Below are positions 62,701-64,000 of a stretch of 64,000 nucleotides of DNA, piece by piece (the stretch's first letter is position 1; each line of letters begins with the position of its first letter). The stretch spans positions 55,242,001 through 55,306,000 of the forward strand of contig CM060734.1 of the NCBI GenBank assembly GCA_030704615.1, read 5' to 3'. The position numbers and the translations under genes were made by a program. This DNA is from Takakia lepidozioides (taxonomy: Eukaryota; Plantae; Bryophyta). Under the pieces are notes generated by a model. It was not told the origin of the DNA. It saw nothing but the letters and a program-made list of their open reading frames with translations, and did no database searches.

Positions 62701-64000
62701 TGGAGTTCTTAACATACATGATGACGAGGGTGTTGTGTAGAAAAACGTTTGGCTTGAATCCACAGAAGAGGCATTGTGGACTCTTGGAGTAGTGTTATGG
62801 CTCCACGATCTTCACCACCCCTCCTTAGCCCCTAAACGCCCAAGGGGCCCTACAGTGGCTCCTCTCTGGTCAAACTTAGTTTTCACTTTGAAAACGATCT
62901 TTTTTGCATTTGAGTTGAACTAACAAAGTAAAGATAATCAAGTCTAGTTTCTATTCCACTTTACGATTCATCAAAATTCCAATTATTGAATCTCTTCTAG
63001 CAATTACCAATTCAATGGGTCAAGCCTGAGCCAATTTGTGCTTCAGCATAGTTTTTCTATCGAATTTTTCAACTTAAGAACTTTTTTTGACTTGGATGGG
63101 GGCTCAGCGTTTCGCGGTGAGAGTCAGGCCCAACGGTCGCTTCGTCTCTCTCGTATGGACTCTCTCAACTGATCGGCAGCTAAAGAAGGGCCTCCCCGGG
63201 AGTGAATGGCGTCCAAACTTTAAACACATGGTTTGTATGATTTTCTATGATTTGGTTAAATCCATTTAAGCCTTTTTCGCTGATCTATTGTGAAAACCTC
63301 GACATCCCATTCGGATCATCCTGTACCCGCCCTGTCTCATTCATCATTTCGTGCGTGTTATCGCCGCCTCAGCCCCTTAACTTCGCTTCCCCCCTCTCAA
63401 CTACCGGCTGATATTAATGACATTTGGAGCTGTCTCTTTCACTCCACTTGGAGCTAACTTTGAGTGTTGCATCCTCCCAGGCTCTCGCTACGAGGTAGTC
63501 AGTGGCCTTGTGTTCATCCTAGCTCTAGCTCCACTCGGCCACAGTAGAGCCAACAGTGAGTTTGCATTGCCAGCTTAAATCTCCATGTTTGTGTCAAGCT
63601 GTTTCTTCAATTTCTAGTCTAGTTCTCAGTTCTCAGTCTAGCTCTCTCAATTCCCTATCTGTTTCCTCCTCTCTAGTTGAATTCAGTTACAGTCGTTACT
63701 ATCTTTCTCAGAGTCCCCGATCCTTCCCCTGCACCTCTCTCTGTGTTGCGTGCCCATGGCTCCGAATACCATGTTCCATCGCTCCAAATCCTCAAACTGG
63801 CCTCGTCACCATTCGGGTTAGTCAAGCAAGGCACCCACCTAGTGGGTCCCAGCCCAGCTCAAGCCGGGGCTTCTACAGGGCCCACCAAGAAAGATCGGCC
63901 AACACAAATTTACAGGCCAAAGCAAATCCCGCCATCTTCGACGGATCTACCCCCAAAAGTCCACATCAATGAGGCAAGGCCCCCACCCATCCAGGAGCAT

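Noticed and set aside
63556-64000. Pyrimidine-rich leader and Pro-rich frame, possibly the 5' end of a retroelement
   Set aside because: Truncated by the window edge; no diagnostic domain visible.

Overview
Gene-dense, intron-rich plant nuclear DNA. The PLS-DYW PPR style suggests a seed-free land plant such as a bryophyte or lycophyte (inference). Apparently intact genes: a CCCH-WD40 (ZFWD) gene, D-2-hydroxyglutarate dehydrogenase, a PLS-class DYW PPR editing factor, a stellacyanin-type phytocyanin, octanoyltransferase LIP2, a PHL/Spt20-like gene and RPL23A. Between them lie decayed fragments of CstF77, a WRN-like exonuclease, an intronless MEKK1 copy and several PPR/DYW genes. Two observations stand out. 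(1) The DYW-PPR gene has upstream exons, missed by the ORF track, that splice in frame and encode an OSB-type 'PDF' ssDNA-binding motif. A decayed paralogue about 36 kb away has the same architecture and an intron at about the same position, so this looks like a family of PDF-PPR-DYW fusion deaminases. (2) A LINE-like retroelement with no poly(A) tail inserts at AG-rich sites and has built an array of six 5'-truncated copies, separated by the same re-duplicated target motif (AAAGGGATAGA), inside one PHL intron. All exon models were built by eye from GT-AG sites and reading phase; no database searches were run.
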